Below are positions 7,767 through 16,548 of a stretch of DNA of 20,000 bases, in pieces. Under the pieces are notes generated by a model that saw only the letters and a program-made list of their open reading frames with translations, was not told the DNA's origin and did no database searches. The stretch lies in sequence record DRR723986_4803. The stretch is one strand, 5' to 3'. Positions within the stretch are counted from its first letter, which is position 1; each line of letters opens with the position of its first letter. The position numbers and the translations under genes are program-made.

Positions 7767-10061
7767 TTGTCAGCTCTTTTTGCCAAGCGGTGGATTGTTA
7801 TTGCCTTAGTCGGGTTGGCATTTCTTGCCAGTTGGCTGCCGTACTTGTCGCAACCGTCTAGCAAGGCGTTTGATGAAGATGGCAGTCCACACTCTCGGCT
7901 CGTTGAGTTGATGGTGATGCCGAATCTGGCTCAGCAGTTCTACGCGCTCCAGGTCAATGGTGCCCCGGAAGCGATCATTGACAAGATTCCGTTGTTTGCC
8001 GCCGCAGCGGCCTGGTTATGTCTGGCATTTGTCGTTGGCCGACCTCTGGTAGCTGCGAGTCGGTTGCCCTTTTCGAGTGCCGAGTTCCGTGGACTCTCGG
8101 TTCTCTTTGGTCTGACCATATTCTCAACCCTGACGCTCTTGGTCGGTTTGGCCGGTCTGCTTGGCTCACGTTGGCCGCTGACGCTGTGCGTCGCTGGGCT
8201 GACGGCTGTTGCGTACTTTTCATGGCTGAAAATCAGGGCGGCCAGCGATGGAAGCACTTGCAAAGTAGACGCTGACAAGGGAACTACGCCGACCAAAGGC
8301 CGCAAAGGAGCTGCCGCTAATCGAGTGTCCGTCCAAGAGCAAATCGTTCCACAAGAAGCGATGACGGTCTGGGCGACACGGCTAACTCAGTTGCTCATCG
8401 TTGTTTTGGCGTTTTCCTACCTTCAGTTTGGAGCTATCGCACCGAGTGAGTTCGATGTGCTTGAATACCACTTGGGGGCACCGAAGGAATTTCACCGCGC
8501 CGGGCAAGTGTTTTTCACGCCCAACAGTGTTTACGCGAATATGCCCTTGGGCATTGAGATGCACTCGCTGGCCGCGATGACACTGGTCAGCGGCTCTTCG
8601 GGGTGGTGGTGGGGTGCAATGATTGGAAAAGTCGTCGTGGCTACGTTCTCATTGCTCGGTGCTTATATCATTTACGGCTATGTCGGCAGGAAGTATGGAA
8701 CTCCGACAAATTGGTTCGCGGCAGGATTGTACCTGGCGATAGGCGGCAATATTTACTCGTCAACGACGGGGCTGGTCGACTACGCGCTGGGCGTCTACGT
8801 GCTCGCTGCCGTGGTGGTCTTGGAGAAACTGACAACGCTTGAAACAGACGATCGGGAAAGTGCGCCGGGCCGCGTTTGGTTTGCCAGAGTGTTCCTGCTC
8901 GGATGCTTTTCTTTTGGTGCGATGGCATGTAAATATACGGGGCTTGTGTTCTGCGCCGTTCCGGTAGGCTGCTGCGTGGCTTACTTCCTTGTCCGCAAAC
9001 GCCTCCCCTGCCCTATTCCGACGCTTGTGGCTGCCTCCATGGTTGCGGCATTGGTAACCGCAGTCCCATGGTTGGCGAAAAACTTCATTGCAAGCGGCAA
9101 TCCTGTGTTTCCCCTGGCTAGTGGGCTCTTTGGCGGCCTCGATGCGGGTGTGGCCGAGCGGTGGGCTGGCGCTCATACGCCGGGTGGAGGCGAGGGGTTC
9201 GGCTTATTGCAACTGGTTGCATCCTGCAAGCGGTTTCTATTCGGGGCGCAGTACCAGTTACCAAGCATTGTTTTTTGCGTGCTGGGAGCAGTGGTGATTA
9301 GTTGTTGGCCGAAAAGTGCGGCAGCCAGCGTGCAGTCCGCGACTCCCGAGAATAGACGCCCCGAAGATTCTTCGTCGAACTTGCCGTTGTTTTTTACCGT
9401 GGCGGGAGCCATCCTGGCAGTTTGGTGGATTGCCACGCATCGGTTGGATCGGTTTTGGTTCCCGGCGATGCCTCTGCTGGCGATCGTGGCAGCCAGATTT
9501 CTTCACTGGGTGCGCATGCAAGTGGCTGCCGGCTTGGCAGTAGCGATCGTCTTGCCCAGCGTGTTGTTTGGGCTGATGCTCATCTTTTCGGGAAGTGCCC
9601 CCAACGATGCGCGGTGGTTGGTTCCCCAACGCGAGTTCTATCAAAGCCTGACTGAGCCCACGGAGCGGTCGAGCTTTGGTGACACGGTGGCCTGGTGTAA
9701 TAGTCAGTTCGGAGATGGTGATGGTAAAGTTGCCCTGGTCGGCCAGGCTGCAATTTTCCCTTTCACGATTTCGTACTCTTATGCTACTTGCTTCAATGAA
9801 CCTCCCGTGAAGCGACTGGTGCAGGAGCAGGGGCCGCAGCAGCAGTTGGCGGCATTGAAGGCTGAGGGGATTTCGCACATCGTGATTGACTGGGCCGAAA
9901 TCGCCAGATACCGCTCGCCTGGGAATTACGGTTTCGATTCTTGGCCGCAGAGGTCGGATATCGACAAGCTGATCCAAAGTGGCGTGGCTAAGGAGATGGA
10001 GACTCCATTTGCAACGAAAAGCTTCCAGGTCTTGGAGGTCGCAGAGTCGTCCAGTGAATAG
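7767..10061 (+). CDS. Polytopic GT-C fold glycosyltransferase (ArnT/PMT-like) membrane protein
   Basis: 764 aa with more than 12 hydrophobic segments. Motifs EFDVLEYHLGAPKEF, VYANMP, ACKYTG, PWLAKNFIASGNPVFP, DRFWFP, plus a C-terminal soluble domain. The TTG start is uncertain. Confidence 0.7.
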   Translation: MSALFAKRWIVIALVGLAFLASWLPYLSQPSSKAFDEDGSPHSRLVELMVMPNLAQQFYALQVNGAPEAIIDKIPLFAAAAAWLCLAFVVGRPLVAASRLPFSSAEFRGLSVLFGLTIFSTLTLLVGLAGLLGSRWPLTLCVAGLTAVAYFSWLKIRAASDGSTCKVDADKGTTPTKGRKGAAANRVSVQEQIVPQEAMTVWATRLTQLLIVVLAFSYLQFGAIAPSEFDVLEYHLGAPKEFHRAGQVFFTPNSVYANMPLGIEMHSLAAMTLVSGSSGWWWGAMIGKVVVATFSLLGAYIIYGYVGRKYGTPTNWFAAGLYLAIGGNIYSSTTGLVDYALGVYVLAAVVVLEKLTTLETDDRESAPGRVWFARVFLLGCFSFGAMACKYTGLVFCAVPVGCCVAYFLVRKRLPCPIPTLVAASMVAALVTAVPWLAKNFIASGNPVFPLASGLFGGLDAGVAERWAGAHTPGGGEGFGLLQLVASCKRFLFGAQYQLPSIVFCVLGAVVISCWPKSAAASVQSATPENRRPEDSSSNLPLFFTVAGAILAVWWIATHRLDRFWFPAMPLLAIVAARFLHWVRMQVAAGLAVAIVLPSVLFGLMLIFSGSAPNDARWLVPQREFYQSLTEPTERSSFGDTVAWCNSQFGDGDGKVALVGQAAIFPFTISYSYATCFNEPPVKRLVQEQGPQQQLAALKAEGISHIVIDWAEIARYRSPGNYGFDSWPQRSDIDKLIQSGVAKEMETPFATKSFQVLEVAESSSE

Positions 10062-10124
10062 GCTGCAACGCGCAGAAGCGTCTAGTTATCTACGGCTCGG
10101 GGGCTCAACCAAAGAATCGCATAA

Positions 10125-10619
10125 ATGCAACAGTCTACATCTGAGAAAAGCGTTGCGTCCTACATGGCCGTGGACAGTGTTCGACGTTTTCTCTTGTTTC
10201 AGGCCATGTTTTTTGCCTTCGGTGGTTTTCTATTCTATGCTGGAGTCGTGGTGCCGATTGGCAGCGATGTAGTCGGTAGCACAACTCAAGGCTTTGTCAC
10301 TCAACGCGTTACGAGTGTACTCAACGTCGCCAATTCCGTTGCTGTGCTAATGCTCGCTTTCGATATCGTGCTGGATCGCGGCCGTCGTACTGTGCGTGCT
10401 AGACGCGTCTTGGTTGTCTGCGCGTCGGTGATAGGTGGATGCACCGCAGTGCTTTTCCTTCTACACGGGCAGCTCGATGCGCTATTGATCCCTGCCGATT
10501 CGGAAGTGGTTGATCACGAGAAGTTCTATTTGCTTCACCGCATCTATTTGTGGGTTTCTACGGTGCTTTGGCTGGCAACACTTCCGGTCGTTGCGGTTTA
10601 CTCACGCCGGTCGCAGTAG
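10125..10619 (+). CDS. Small integral membrane protein (about 4 TM, DUF4149-like topology)
   Basis: Four hydrophobic segments. FGGFLFYAGVVVP and FYLLHRIY resemble the DUF4149/TMEM205-type pattern. Start may be the internal ATG near 10164. Confidence 0.6.
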   Translation: MQQSTSEKSVASYMAVDSVRRFLLFQAMFFAFGGFLFYAGVVVPIGSDVVGSTTQGFVTQRVTSVLNVANSVAVLMLAFDIVLDRGRRTVRARRVLVVCASVIGGCTAVLFLLHGQLDALLIPADSEVVDHEKFYLLHRIYLWVSTVLWLATLPVVAVYSRRSQ

Positions 10620-10807
10620 CTATTTCGTTTTCCGTGTAACTCTGCCGAAGTTTGCGGCCGCGTTTCATTTCGCCGCTTTGTCGACGAATGAAGCTCGCGT
10701 GGCTATACTCCCGACTGCGACTTCCCTTTCTTGGGACGTCGCAACGTGCCAAGAGCAAGACGTGCAAAGAGCAGTTCGACAAATCGCGTTATCGTACACG
10801 ACACCCC

Positions 10808-11521
10808 ATGAGCAACACTCTTCTTTTTGTCGTGCCTGTGTTCGCCTACATTGTCGGCACTATGTTTGCTGGGCGATTTGAAGACGACGGCTACGCGATC
10901 GCTTACGCTGTCGTTGTTACGCTGGTCGCAATCGTTACCTGTGTCTTGGCTGTCCGCGCGAAGAAGGAGCGTGAGGCAGAGAGGCAGGAGAAGGCTTCTC
11001 TACTGCCGTTTCGAATGCATCCTTTCGTTCTTGAGGGGATTGTTGCAGGCGTAGTGGGGATTGCACTTTGGATATGGATTAGTGATTTACAGCTCGAGAG
11101 GGCGATCGCAGCGTATCTGCCGAGCTTCATGCAGCCTGGAGAACGCGTTGCTTACAACCCGTTTGAGACACTCAGCCCAAACATAGCGTGGGTGTTTATT
11201 GGGTTTCGGATCTTCGGTATCGGAGTTGTTGTGCCGGTTGTCGAAGAGCTATTTTGGCGAGGCTTCTTGCTGCGTTGGTTGATCGATCCCGATTGGGAGA
11301 AACTGCCTTTGGGCAAGTTTACGTTGCAGTCCTTTAGCGTCGTCGTCCTGCTATTTACTGTTGCTCATCCGGAGTGGTTTGCGGCGGCCCTCTGGTGTGC
11401 GCTCATCAACGGGTTGCTGTACTGGAAGCGGGATCTGTGGCAGTGCATCGTCGCCCATTCCGTTTCAAACTTGCTGCTTGTCGCCTACGTCCTGGTCTAC
11501 GACCAGTGGTATCTTTGGTAA
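10808..11521 (+). CDS. CAAX prenyl protease-related (CPBP/Abi) intramembrane glutamic metalloprotease
   Basis: VPVVEELFWRGFLLR (EExxxR), LFTVAHPEW (FxxxH), IVAHSVSNLLL (HxxxN), multiple TM segments. The ATG at 10808 (MSNTLLF) is preferred to the 10652 extension. Confidence 0.9.
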   Translation: MSNTLLFVVPVFAYIVGTMFAGRFEDDGYAIAYAVVVTLVAIVTCVLAVRAKKEREAERQEKASLLPFRMHPFVLEGIVAGVVGIALWIWISDLQLERAIAAYLPSFMQPGERVAYNPFETLSPNIAWVFIGFRIFGIGVVVPVVEELFWRGFLLRWLIDPDWEKLPLGKFTLQSFSVVVLLFTVAHPEWFAAALWCALINGLLYWKRDLWQCIVAHSVSNLLLVAYVLVYDQWYLW

Positions 11522-11571
11522 ATTGTGCCTCGCGAGGTTACGAAACGCTGTTCCAGTTCAGAGGATTCATG

Positions 11572-13011
11572 ATGAGTATCGAACTGCACGATTCAACAAA
11601 CTGTAAAGTCCGTCGAGGCTTCAACCTCTTCGCGGCAGGACTGGCGTTGTTGCTCCTCAGCCCAACAGTCGTGCTTGGCCAAGCAGATGGGCAAGGTGAT
11701 GATGGGCAGGGCGAATCATTGTCAGCGTCAGATGCCAAAGAGCGGCGTCCCAATTTGATTTACATCATGGCGGACGATCTTGGGTATGGCGACTTGGGGT
11801 GCTTCGGGCAGGATAGAATTGACACCCCCAATATCGATTCGCTTGCTCGAAACGGGATGAAGCTGACAAGCTACTACGCTCCGTGTACTGTTTGTCGCCC
11901 TTCACGTTTGGCCCTTTGGACTGGGCAGCACATGGGGCATACTCCGATCGATTCAAACGCCAAGTATATCTTCAAGCCCGAAGACGTTACGGTTGCAGAA
12001 CTGCTGCGAGAAGCCGGATACGCGACTGGGGGAGTTGGGAAGTGGGCCATGGGAGGGCCGGACACTCCAGGAAATCCGAACGCGAACGGGTTCGATTTCT
12101 GGATGGGTTATCTCGACCAGAGCGAAGCTCATAATTACTATCCGACGCATCTGTGGCTGAACAATAAACGCGTGGATTTGCCGGGGAACGTCATCGGAGA
12201 TTATCCGAACGGACGAGGGCGAGTTGCGGAGAAACGCGAGACGTACTCCCACGACGTTATGACTGGAGCCGCGTTCGATTTCATTCGTGAGAATCGGGAC
12301 AAGCCGTTCCTGATGCACATACATTGGACAATTCCCCACGCCAACAATGAAGGTGGGCGGGTAACTGGCAATGGGATGGAGGTGCCGACTTACGGAACGT
12401 ATGCCAATCGCGATTGGCCGGATACCGAAAAAGGGCAGGCGGCAATGATTTCTCGGATGGATGGAAGTGTTGGTCGGTTGGTCGGATTGCTGAACGAATT
12501 GGGGCTCAGCAAAGATACACTTATCATTTTCACCAGCGACAATGGTCCGCATAGTGAAGGCGGGCACAAACATGAGTTCTTCGACTCCAATGGGCCACTC
12601 CGCGGATACAAGCGAGATCTATACGAAGGTGGAATTCGCGCGCCGACGATTGCGTGGTGGCCGGGCACAATCGAAGCTGGTGCCGAGAGTGATCAGCCGC
12701 TGGCGGGATACGACTGGATGGCTACGGCGTGTGAGTTGGCTGGCTGTGAACCAGCAGAGGACACGGATGGCATTTCCTTTGTTCCAACTTTACTTGGTCA
12801 GAGTCAACGCCCTCACGATTATTTGTACTTTAGCTTCGGTGAAAAGAAGGCGGTTCGCAAAGGCAACTGGAAGGCGGTCCGTTTGGCCAAAGACAAGCCC
12901 CTTGAACTCTACGACTTAGACACAGACATTGGTGAACAGACAGACCTTGCTGGCTCAAACGCTGATTTGGTCGCCGAATTCGAAGCGATCATCAGTGACG
13001 CATCCAATTAG
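11572..13011 (+). CDS. Cys-type (formylglycine-dependent) sulfatase, family S1, exported
   Basis: RPNLIYIMADDLGYGD, CxPxR as CRPSR (11893-11907), GYATGGVGKW, FTSDNG, LRGYKRDLYEGGIR, ELYDLDTDIGE. RBS GAGGA at 11561-11565 precedes ATGATG. N-terminal signal peptide. Confidence 0.95.
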   Translation: MSIELHDSTNCKVRRGFNLFAAGLALLLLSPTVVLGQADGQGDDGQGESLSASDAKERRPNLIYIMADDLGYGDLGCFGQDRIDTPNIDSLARNGMKLTSYYAPCTVCRPSRLALWTGQHMGHTPIDSNAKYIFKPEDVTVAELLREAGYATGGVGKWAMGGPDTPGNPNANGFDFWMGYLDQSEAHNYYPTHLWLNNKRVDLPGNVIGDYPNGRGRVAEKRETYSHDVMTGAAFDFIRENRDKPFLMHIHWTIPHANNEGGRVTGNGMEVPTYGTYANRDWPDTEKGQAAMISRMDGSVGRLVGLLNELGLSKDTLIIFTSDNGPHSEGGHKHEFFDSNGPLRGYKRDLYEGGIRAPTIAWWPGTIEAGAESDQPLAGYDWMATACELAGCEPAEDTDGISFVPTLLGQSQRPHDYLYFSFGEKKAVRKGNWKAVRLAKDKPLELYDLDTDIGEQTDLAGSNADLVAEFEAIISDASN

Positions 13012-13073
13012 GTGCGGTTGGCGATTCATTTACTGCCCATCAGGGCATATTTATCCAGATGTAAGGACCCCAA

Positions 13074-13595
13074 ATGGACCTGACAATTCGTCCCGGTGAC
13101 CACGAGTGTTTTGACTACCATCGCGATTATGTTGCAAAAGTTCCAGATGGCAACATTCTTGAAACATTGGAAGCTCAGACAGCCGGAGTCGCCGATTTTA
13201 TCTCGAACATTGCGGTAGATCAGTGGGAAGTCGTCCACGAGCCATATGGATGGAAGATTCGTACCGTCATCGAACACTGTTGTGATGCGGAGCGAGTTTT
13301 TGGGTATCGCATCCTTCGCTTCTCAACCGGCGACAAGACCGATTTGCCGGGATGGGACGAGAATCACTACGCTGCGTGCGGCTATGCCAAGCCGATGCCC
13401 GCTGATGCACTGGCTGAGGAGTTCCGAGCGATTCGGAGCGGCAATTTGCGGTTGCTGCAGCGCCTGGATGACGAAGCACTTGGGCGGTCGGGTACAGCCG
13501 ACGGGCGTACGGTATCGGTCCGGACGTTGACCTGGTTAATGGCTGGTCACTGGCTCCACCACGAAGCGATATTGCGGAAACGCCTCGGCCTGTAG
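13074..13595 (+). CDS. DinB/YfiT-like superfamily protein (putative metal-dependent thiol transferase)
   Basis: WKIRTVIEHCCDAERVFGYR, LPGWDEN, AGHWLHHE give the three-His metal triad. RBS AAGGA precedes the ATG. Confidence 0.85.
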   Translation: MDLTIRPGDHECFDYHRDYVAKVPDGNILETLEAQTAGVADFISNIAVDQWEVVHEPYGWKIRTVIEHCCDAERVFGYRILRFSTGDKTDLPGWDENHYAACGYAKPMPADALAEEFRAIRSGNLRLLQRLDDEALGRSGTADGRTVSVRTLTWLMAGHWLHHEAILRKRLGL

Positions 13596-13624
13596 ATGGC
13601 ACTTAGACTGCAGGAGTTCCTACG

Positions 13625-14455
13625 CTAGGCGACTTGCGGTGCCGCCAGATCGCTGTGAACTTGCTCAACGGTGTCGGCAGTGATTTCCGTCAAGTCTTCG
13701 GCGAATCCAACCATCAGGCTCAGATCACATAGTCGGTTGATACGACGTGGGATGCCGCCGGATAGCGTGTGAATCTGCTGAATTGCATCGACAGAAAAGA
13801 CCTCTCCCTGCTTTGATCCAGCAGTTCGCAGGCGGTGTTGGATGTAAGAGGCTGTTTCCTCTTCCCGCAAGCGATTGAGCAAGCATTTCACGCTCAGGCG
13901 TTCATCGAGCGCATGGTATCGTTCGACCTGTGAGAGGAGCGTTGGTTCTCCGACAAGGATCAGCGTCCAGGCGGACTCGCCGTCAGCTTCATTGGCTCCG
14001 ATATTGAGCAGCAGTCGCAGTGGTTGGAGAAGTCCGTATTGCTCCAGGAAGTGAGCCTCATCGACGATGACAACTGGATGCTTGCCGGCTTCAGAAGACT
14101 CTTTCAAGAAGGTTTCGAATCGCGCAAGATCAGACCAAGTCTCAGAGGGAGCTCCAGGCTGTTGCGGGTCAACGTGATTGACCAAGTAGCGAACGAGCTG
14201 TTCTTCGTTCATCGCCGGGAAGACCAGATTCACAATCGGTCCAATGCTGTCGCTTAGTTGCTTTGACAGTGCATCAACGACTAGGGATTTTCCCATGCCC
14301 CCAGGACCGCACAGCAGTGCAGCCGCGCGGCGATTTTCGATCGCGTAGTGCATTTTCAGCAATGCGGCTTGGTGCGTTTCGGCTGGGTAGTAAAATTCCC
14401 CACGAACGCTGTTTTCGAACGGTCGCTGAGAAAGTTGCCAGTGTTCGTTATACAT
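13625..14455 (-). CDS. ExeA/GspA-like AAA+ ATPase (ATPase domain only)
   Basis: Typical N-terminus MYNEHWQLSQRPF, Walker A GPGGMGKS (14285-14308), Walker B VVIVDEAH, LILVGEP, YIQHRL, SGGIPRRINRLCD. No TM or peptidoglycan-binding extension. Confidence 0.9.
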   Translation of the reverse strand: MYNEHWQLSQRPFENSVRGEFYYPAETHQAALLKMHYAIENRRAAALLCGPGGMGKSLVVDALSKQLSDSIGPIVNLVFPAMNEEQLVRYLVNHVDPQQPGAPSETWSDLARFETFLKESSEAGKHPVVIVDEAHFLEQYGLLQPLRLLLNIGANEADGESAWTLILVGEPTLLSQVERYHALDERLSVKCLLNRLREEETASYIQHRLRTAGSKQGEVFSVDAIQQIHTLSGGIPRRINRLCDLSLMVGFAEDLTEITADTVEQVHSDLAAPQVA

Positions 14456-14535
14456 CGAATTGCATCCGCGATGGTTTGGGCGACTTGGTCTAGATTGCTT
14501 TTGCGCTCACGATACACAAATTGGTATCAGACGCT

Positions 14536-16482
14536 CTAAGCAGCAAAGTTCTCAACCAGTCCAACTGAGACAACACCGGCTTGACGAATCCGTCGCAAGC
14601 AGGCTTCGAGCTGTTCAGCGGTATCTTGTCGCTGGTCGACAACCGTAACGACAGCACTGAGGATCCCACACTCGCCCATGGTGGACACCAAGCTGCGTGG
14701 TGATTCCATCGGCCCCATGTCCACGATAACCAGGTCGAAGCTTTCGGAAAGCTCGCTCAACATGCCAGCAATCCGATCATCGTCGGCGGACAACTCTTCA
14801 TGCCCGACAGGCGATAGAAGTGGGACGACGGTGACTTGATCTTCGATTGAATGCACCGCAACTTCCTCAAGTGGAAGTTGGTGTTCAATGGCTGTCCGCC
14901 AATCTTGTTCTACGTCTAGGTTGGTTTGGAAGGACAAACTTGGGGAATCCAAGTCACCATCAACAATGGCCACCTTCAGTCCGCGGCTTCCGGCAAGAAT
15001 AGCAAGGCAACACGCGATCGTGGTTCGGCCTTCACCACCTTGAGGACTAGTGACGGCCATGACCTGCAGGCCTTCTTGGCAGGCTGCGACCAAATTTTCG
15101 GCAACAGCATCCATCTGTCCGCCGCCACGCGACAGCAGGTCGAAACAAATGTGTGGCCAGTGAAGGTTGTCCACTTCCCAAACAGGGTTGAAAATCCGGT
15201 TCGTTGCTTCACGTAGTTGTGCTTCGGCCATAATTGGGTCCACTTGTTTGGTCGGGGTGGTGGATGTAGCCTCGCGGCGATCTGCCTTTGCAGTAGCATC
15301 TTGCGCCGGGGCGTCGGTGCGTACGATTGGTTGACTGTTAGCTGTGGCTGGGGCAGTCAATTCGCTCAACTCTGGTGAGTCGCTTTCGGTAACACTTGTT
15401 TCAACATCGGTGCCATCCAAAATAGCCGCCCGTTCGTAGTACGATGGCTTATCAAGACGGAATATCTCGGTCGGGTTTTCGCCAGAGGTGGGGGCCGTGG
15501 AGTCGGTCGGTGTGTCCGCCGGCAGTTCACCGGAATCAGGCTTGGCAGCCGGTGATTGTGTCCGTTCAGGAGACTGGCTAACAGCAGACTGGGTGACGGC
15601 GGACTGGCTTACCGCAGTTGCTGCTTGAAGCGTTGATGCTTCCGCTGCAGGTGTTTCGGTCTGTTCGAGTTGCCTTGCAGGTGTTGTAGAATTGCTGGCA
15701 AGAGCTGGAGAGGCAGGCGGCTCCAGATCTGGAATCTGCTGTGGTGCAGAAGCCGTGGTTTGGCTCGCCAGTTGAGCTTGAACCGAAGGGGTTACTAATG
15801 GTGCAGATTTCTGTTCCGTTGCAGCTTGTTCAGTCGCCGAAGTGATCGGCTCGGTTGGGAGCTGCTCGGTTTGAACCAGTTCGGTGTGAACCTGCTCGGT
15901 CGTTGGAGCTGGTGCCGTAGCGTCTGCTTCAGGCAGTTGCACTTTCTCGGCGATAAGCGACTCTGGTTGTTCGATTCGGGCGCGGAGCACTCGTGTTGCA
16001 CTCTCGCGGGAGAGCTCTTCGATCGATTCTTCCGGTTGAGCGACAGTCATTCCTGCAGCTTCAGCTCCCCAGAACGCATCAACTTGCTGGCCCTGCCACT
16101 CGCCCGCTTGCAACATGCGGCTGGCGATAGATTGGCGGAGCGAGGCGTCGCTTGGTGGGTCTGAATAGGCAGCTTCAGCCTGGCGGTTCTCGGAGGGAAC
16201 GTTCAGCTTGGGCGCCGGTACGGGAGCCTTCGGAGCGTCGCTCCGTTGGATCGCCGCCCCACCCTGCTCTGCCGAAACCTCTGGGCTTCGCCGGACGGGC
16301 TTGGCTGGCTGGACCGGGCTCTTCGGAGCCGGCACTTCCATTGATGCCGTGTCAAAGCGAATGACCAAATCGTCAAGTTTGGCTGATTCCGCAGTGGTAT
16401 CGTCGCTCAGCTCGCTCTTGCCCCTGGCAGCGGATTCCTTCGAGTAGGCTTTGATGAACGCCTGGTTGAGATTAGCCGTCAT
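14536..16482 (-). CDS. Protein with a long disordered A/T/S/P/E/Q-rich N-terminus and a C-terminal CpsD/CapB (BY-kinase)/MinD-like P-loop domain with degenerate Walker A
   Basis: C-terminal ~200 aa: MAVTSPQGGEGRTT, KVAIVDGDL (A'), FDLVIVDMGP (B). About 400 aa of low-complexity linker. ATG at 16482 (MTANLNQAFIKAY). Confidence 0.78.
   Translation of the reverse strand: MTANLNQAFIKAYSKESAARGKSELSDDTTAESAKLDDLVIRFDTASMEVPAPKSPVQPAKPVRRSPEVSAEQGGAAIQRSDAPKAPVPAPKLNVPSENRQAEAAYSDPPSDASLRQSIASRMLQAGEWQGQQVDAFWGAEAAGMTVAQPEESIEELSRESATRVLRARIEQPESLIAEKVQLPEADATAPAPTTEQVHTELVQTEQLPTEPITSATEQAATEQKSAPLVTPSVQAQLASQTTASAPQQIPDLEPPASPALASNSTTPARQLEQTETPAAEASTLQAATAVSQSAVTQSAVSQSPERTQSPAAKPDSGELPADTPTDSTAPTSGENPTEIFRLDKPSYYERAAILDGTDVETSVTESDSPELSELTAPATANSQPIVRTDAPAQDATAKADRREATSTTPTKQVDPIMAEAQLREATNRIFNPVWEVDNLHWPHICFDLLSRGGGQMDAVAENLVAACQEGLQVMAVTSPQGGEGRTTIACCLAILAGSRGLKVAIVDGDLDSPSLSFQTNLDVEQDWRTAIEHQLPLEEVAVHSIEDQVTVVPLLSPVGHEELSADDDRIAGMLSELSESFDLVIVDMGPMESPRSLVSTMGECGILSAVVTVVDQRQDTAEQLEACLRRIRQAGVVSVGLVENFAA
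15571..15615 (-). repeat. 3 x 15-bp imperfect tandem repeat encoding AVSQS-AVTQS-AVSQS
   Basis: + strand units agactggctaacagc / agactgggtgacggc / ggactggcttaccgc. Confidence 0.8.
15851..15900 (-). repeat. 15-bp period repeat encoding xxTE(Q/L/P) pentapeptides (PTTEQ VHTEL VQTEQ LPTEP)
   Basis: tcggt recurs at 15851, 15866, 15881 and 15896. Confidence 0.7.
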
Positions 16483-16548
16483 GACCAAGTTTCCGGGGCA
16501 AAAGTGGCAAGGTGTTATCAGTGTTGATTACTGGTTCAACTGTCGAGG

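Noticed and set aside
10652-11571. ORF-track N-terminal extensions of the CAAX protease (from 10652) and sulfatase (from 11374, overlapping the CAAX gene)
   Set aside because: Downstream ATGs fit better (10808; 11569/11572 with a GAGGA RBS), and the extensions look non-coding or overlap a real gene.
4967-12573. Long antisense ORFs (e.g. 4967-5590, 9258-9977, 11953-12573)
   Set aside because: They lie opposite well-supported genes and lack motifs; typical shadow ORFs in GC-rich DNA.
13625-14455. Transposon-associated ATPase (TniB/IstB-like) interpretation of the AAA gene
   Set aside because: No adjacent transposase or integrase. The MY..HW.L...PF N-terminus and GGIPRRIN motif fit ExeA-like ATPases.
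15571-15900. Short periodic repeats as a CRISPR array or mobile-element ends
   Set aside because: They are 15-bp in-frame degenerate coding repeats with no spacers, cas genes or transposase.
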